NCBI GenBank assembly: GCA_050613775.1
Contig: JBODTK010000101.1
Span: 124,001 to 188,000, forward strand
DNA from: Neocallimastix sp. 'constans'
Taxonomy: Eukaryota
Reading direction: 5' to 3'
DNA length: 64,000 bases
Position numbers and translations under genes: made by a program. A model generated the notes under the pieces. The model searched no databases. It was not told the origin of the DNA and saw nothing but the letters and a program-made list of their open reading frames with translations. Below are positions 55,852 to 64,000 of the stretch, piece by piece. How positions within the stretch are numbered: position 1 is the first letter of the stretch; each line of letters begins with the position of its first letter.

Positions 55852-56328
55852 TCTTTATAAATAATTATTTTCTATTAGTATACTTAAAAATTTGTAAAAT
55901 ACAATGTTAATTAAAGGTATTTCCTTGAAGAATTAAACAATAATTATGTTTAAAATATATTTTTTATAAGGTATTATAATATTAAAAGTTTATAACATAA
56001 ACTCTTCTTTGTATTTTATTTGTTAAATTTATATTTTTAATTATATTTTAAAATATATATTATATTCTTAATTGTATAATATTAATTTTTATTATAATTA
56101 TTATTATTTTAATATTCCAATTATATTATTAAATAATTATTAATTGTTTTTATTCATTATTATTTTTGTACTATGAACAGAATAATTTTAAAATATAAAA
56201 ATTGTTGGAATTTATTTGTTTACCAAATTTAATTTGAATTTCAAAATTTCAATAATATAATAATTAGAAATAACTTGATTTAATATAAAAATCTTTTAAT
56301 TCTTCAGATTACTATTTTATTTTCCTAA

Positions 56329-56365
<37 letters not shown>

Positions 56366-56620
56366 GTAAAATTATTTTTATATAAAAAACAATCTTTTAC
56401 TTTACTTTTTAATTAAATCAGTAAACAAATATATAAAAAAAAATATTTAGGTTCATTAATATTATATAACTAAATAATAATTTAAAAATAAAAATGAAAA
56501 AAAAAGAAATTACAAAAAAAGAAAAAGAAAAATTAAAAACATAAAACAATTTTCTTTTTCTTTTTTTTTTTTTTTTTTTTTTTTTATTTTTATTTTTATT
56601 CAAATATTATCTTTCTTTTT

Positions 56621-56651
<31 letters not shown>

Positions 56652-57949
56652 TCTTTAAAATAGTTTTACTGTTATAAAAAAAGTTTTTTTTTTTATTTTT
56701 TTGTATTTCTATATTGTATTTTTTTATTTTTATTTTTATTTTTATTTATTAAATTTTATTAAATAAAATTTTTAATTTTTGTATACTTATTTTGATTATA
56801 TTAATTTGTATTTTAATATATTACAATATATTTTAATATATATTAATATGAAAATAATAAATATATATCAAAAAAAGAATAAAATTTTTTTATCATTACA
56901 CAAAAAAATAAATATTCATTTATATTGTATATATTATTTATATTACATAATATATTATTAAATTATTTATTAATATTGTTAATTCAATAATAAATAAAAA
57001 CTTATTAAATTTTAGATATTTTATTATTTATTAATTATAGAATTATTAACCATCAACCCTTTATTTTATTAAAGTTTAAAAAGAATAAGAACTGTATTAT
57101 ATAAAAGAATTGTAAATATTATTATATAAATTAATATATTGAAATACAATATAACAATATATTTCATTAAAATTAATGAATTTTATAATTTTATTTATAT
57201 TAGTAAAAAAATCCAAAAAAAAAATTTTTTAAAATATAAAAAACTAATTATATATATATATATAATAAATAAATAATAAATAATTAACAAAAAATATTAT
57301 ATTTAATAATAATATTTATTATATTATATTATAATAATAATATTTATTATTATTTGTATATAATATTTTTTGTAATAAAATTATTATAATAATATAAATA
57401 TCCACTTTACAACTATATATTATTAACATTAACATTAAATAAGGTGATTAAGAATTATGATTTAATTTAAATAATAAAAAAAATATTTATAATAAAAAAT
57501 TTTGTGAAAAGTAAAATTATATATAAGTAAAATTATATGGGAAATTATTTAATTATACCATATATAATACTATATTTAATATTATTAAATGATTCTGTAT
57601 TTTTTTTGTTGATGTTTTTAACGATCTTTCAATAATTAAAATGCATTTTTTTTAATACTGAAAAATAATAAATACACATAATTGTATGTATTAACATAGA
57701 ACTATATATAACCAACTTCACTTTTATCAATGTATAAATAAATATACATATTATATATAAGTACATATTATACAAATGATATAATACAAATAATATTTAT
57801 TAATATTTTGATAAATAAAAAATTAAATATATAAATCAATAAATTTATATTATTTAATAATTATAATTTGAAGGTATCATAAAGGATTTTTAAAATTACT
57901 AATTATATTATACATTTAATTCATTAATTTTTAATAGATAATAATAATC

Positions 57950-58402
57950 AATGGAAGTGTTTAGTCATAATTTTATCCATTTAATTTGCCCTTCGACCAT
58001 TTACTAAATTTTCCTCAAAGAGGTTTTTACGGATAATGGTGGTTAGGGTTACGGGTAAGTATGTACCCCATATATATATTAGAATATATACTGAACTAAT
58101 TGAGAGGGAAGGGTACATGATTTTGTATGTCCATGTAGATATATTCTAATAAATTGCAATCTTTCTGACAATTACGTAATTGCCAGGGATCTAATACGAA
58201 ATTATATGGGTTAGGTTATATTATCTTTGCTTCAATAGGGAGATTACGAACTGGAGAAGCACTCGGAGAAGTAATACTAGTAAATTTCATAGCAATAATA
58301 TGTATGCCAGTAGGGACAAATCTGCCTTTATAAAATGAAGTGTGTGACTACCTCAATATTCCCATTGGGGAAGGGCTGAAACCAAAGGCGGTATACACCG
58401 GA
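57950..58402. mobile_element. Diverged inverted relative of the 39.8-40.3 kb non-coding element (copy Y)
   Basis: TTCGACCATTTA, GTGGTTAGGGTTAC, CATGTAGAT, CTTTCTGAC, TAGGTTATATT and AGCAATA match the reverse complement of copy X in the same order. Boundaries approximate. Confidence 0.7.
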
Positions 58403-58973
58403 AATAATAATAATAAAAAAAATAATCATTTAAATAAATAAATAAATAAATAAATTAATAAATCATTATTTATGTATCAAATATCTTTTTTTTTTTTTTT
58501 TAATAATTGGATTTAGTTATTAAATAGAAAAAAAGAATTTTTTTTTTTTCCATATAATGATAATAAAACTTTTTTTTTTCTATTAAAACAAAATTTCATA
58601 ATTAAATTTCTATAAGAATCTAATATTAGGATGTTATTAAAATGTTATATAAAAATTAACACTTTCATTATTTCTTATAACTACTTCTTCATTATTATTA
58701 CTATTCTTATTTTCTCTATTTATGTATGGTTACTTTAATTTTTTGAAAAAATTACATATATTTTTCAAATAAAAAATATTATTAATAAAAGTTAAACAAA
58801 AATTGAATATTTAATACATTAATTTTTATATTTATTAATTTTTAAAATTTGTATTAAACAGATTTTTTGTTCATTAAAATTAGTTCATATTAATTTGAAA
58901 TAATTTAAAATAATTTATAATAAATATTTATTTCTTATTTTTTAAAACTTTTTAAAAATAAAAACAAATTAAA

Positions 58974-59006
<33 letters not shown>

Positions 59007-59247
59007 GTAAATTATTAGTAATAAATTATAAATCATAAAATAATAAGGATAAAGAGTAAAAATAATAAAAATAATAAAATTTTATTGCAACAAATATTAA
59101 AAGTTATTTATTTTATAGATAAATGAATTTATAAAATAAATAAATAATATTATTTAAAAAAAATAATAAAGGAAATTTCATTTAAATATCAAATTATTAT
59201 TTTGTAAAATTAGAAAGGAAAAACAAACAAACAAACAAACAAAAAAA

Positions 59248-59278
<31 letters not shown>

Positions 59279-59549
59279 GAAAGAGAAGCGAAAATAAAGA
59301 GAAGTGAATAAATAAATAGTAAGAAAAAATATCTTATTAATAATTTTATAAAAAATAAAAATATAAAAATATTTTTTGTTACTATGAAATTTATAAATAT
59401 CATCAATTAAAATAAATATTCTATTTTATTTAAATAATTATATTATATATATAAAATATATTTATATTCATATATATACATGTAAATATATATATATATA
59501 TATTTGTAATTTATAGTTTATAAATAAAAATTAATATAAAATATTAGAA

Positions 59550-63387
<3,838 letters not shown>

Positions 63388-63860
63388 ATTACAAAAAACA
63401 GAGTCAAATACAAACAATCAAAAAAAAAAAAAAAAAAAAAAAAAATAAAAAGTAGAACAATAGAAATAAAATTAAACATAAATTTAATATCGTTAAATTT
63501 AATATCAATATTATTTTTGTTTCGTATATTCATATATAGATATATGTAAATAATAATAGTAATTATTATTATTATTAGTATTATTATTTTTTTTTTTCTC
63601 ATTTTAATTATAAATTTATTTTTTAAATTAATAATAGTTATAAAAGCGAAAAAAAAATTAACAATTTATTAAAAAAATAAGCAATAAATATAAATAAATA
63701 AATAAATTAATAATAAGAATAATAATATCAATTATAATATTAATATTTTTTTTTTTTTTTTTTTTCTTTTTTAATTTGCACTAAGAAAAAAAAATAATAA
63801 TAATAATATTATTATTATTTTTATTTTTTTTTATAATGAACTACTAAAAGGTTAAGTAAT

Positions 63861-63893
<33 letters not shown>

Positions 63894-64000
63894 AGCTTGT
63901 TTTTGTAGTTTTTTAAGTATTTATATATATTATTTGGTTATAACAAGTAATATAAATTTCAAAAGAAAAAAAAATTTTTTTTATTATTATATCTTTTATC

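Noticed and set aside
58324..58389. Hammerhead ribozyme or group I/II intron reading of the structured elements
   Set aside because: No correctly placed CUGANGA/GAAA core, group I P/Q/R/S elements or group II domain V found by eye.

Overview
Extremely AT-rich, intron-containing eukaryotic DNA with long poly(A/T) and (TTA)n tracts, most consistent with an anaerobic gut fungus (Neocallimastigomycota; inferred from composition, GT-AG introns and a presequence-less mitochondrial-type aconitase). Eight host genes are supported: a 5'-truncated ankyrin-repeat protein, a Myb/SANT protein with a very long Asn-rich region, ALG3 (9 exons, absent from the ORF track), aconitase, an SPX-ACT-ACT-phosphoserine phosphatase fusion, a BZZ1-type F-BAR/C1/SH3/SH3 protein, a single-pass membrane SH3 protein and TM9SF3. 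About 25-31 kb is a pile-up of broken APE-RT LINE retrotransposons. The two strongest observations are (1) an SPX inositol-pyrophosphate-sensor domain fused, within one exon, to a bacterial-like ACT-ACT-SerB enzyme, and (2) two diverged copies (39.8-40.3 kb and 58.0-58.4 kb) of a ~0.5 kb non-coding element with apparent compensatory base pairing and a conserved telomere-type TAACCCTAACC motif; one copy lies between 10-bp direct repeats inside a decayed ORF. All calls were made by eye; no searches or folding programs were run.
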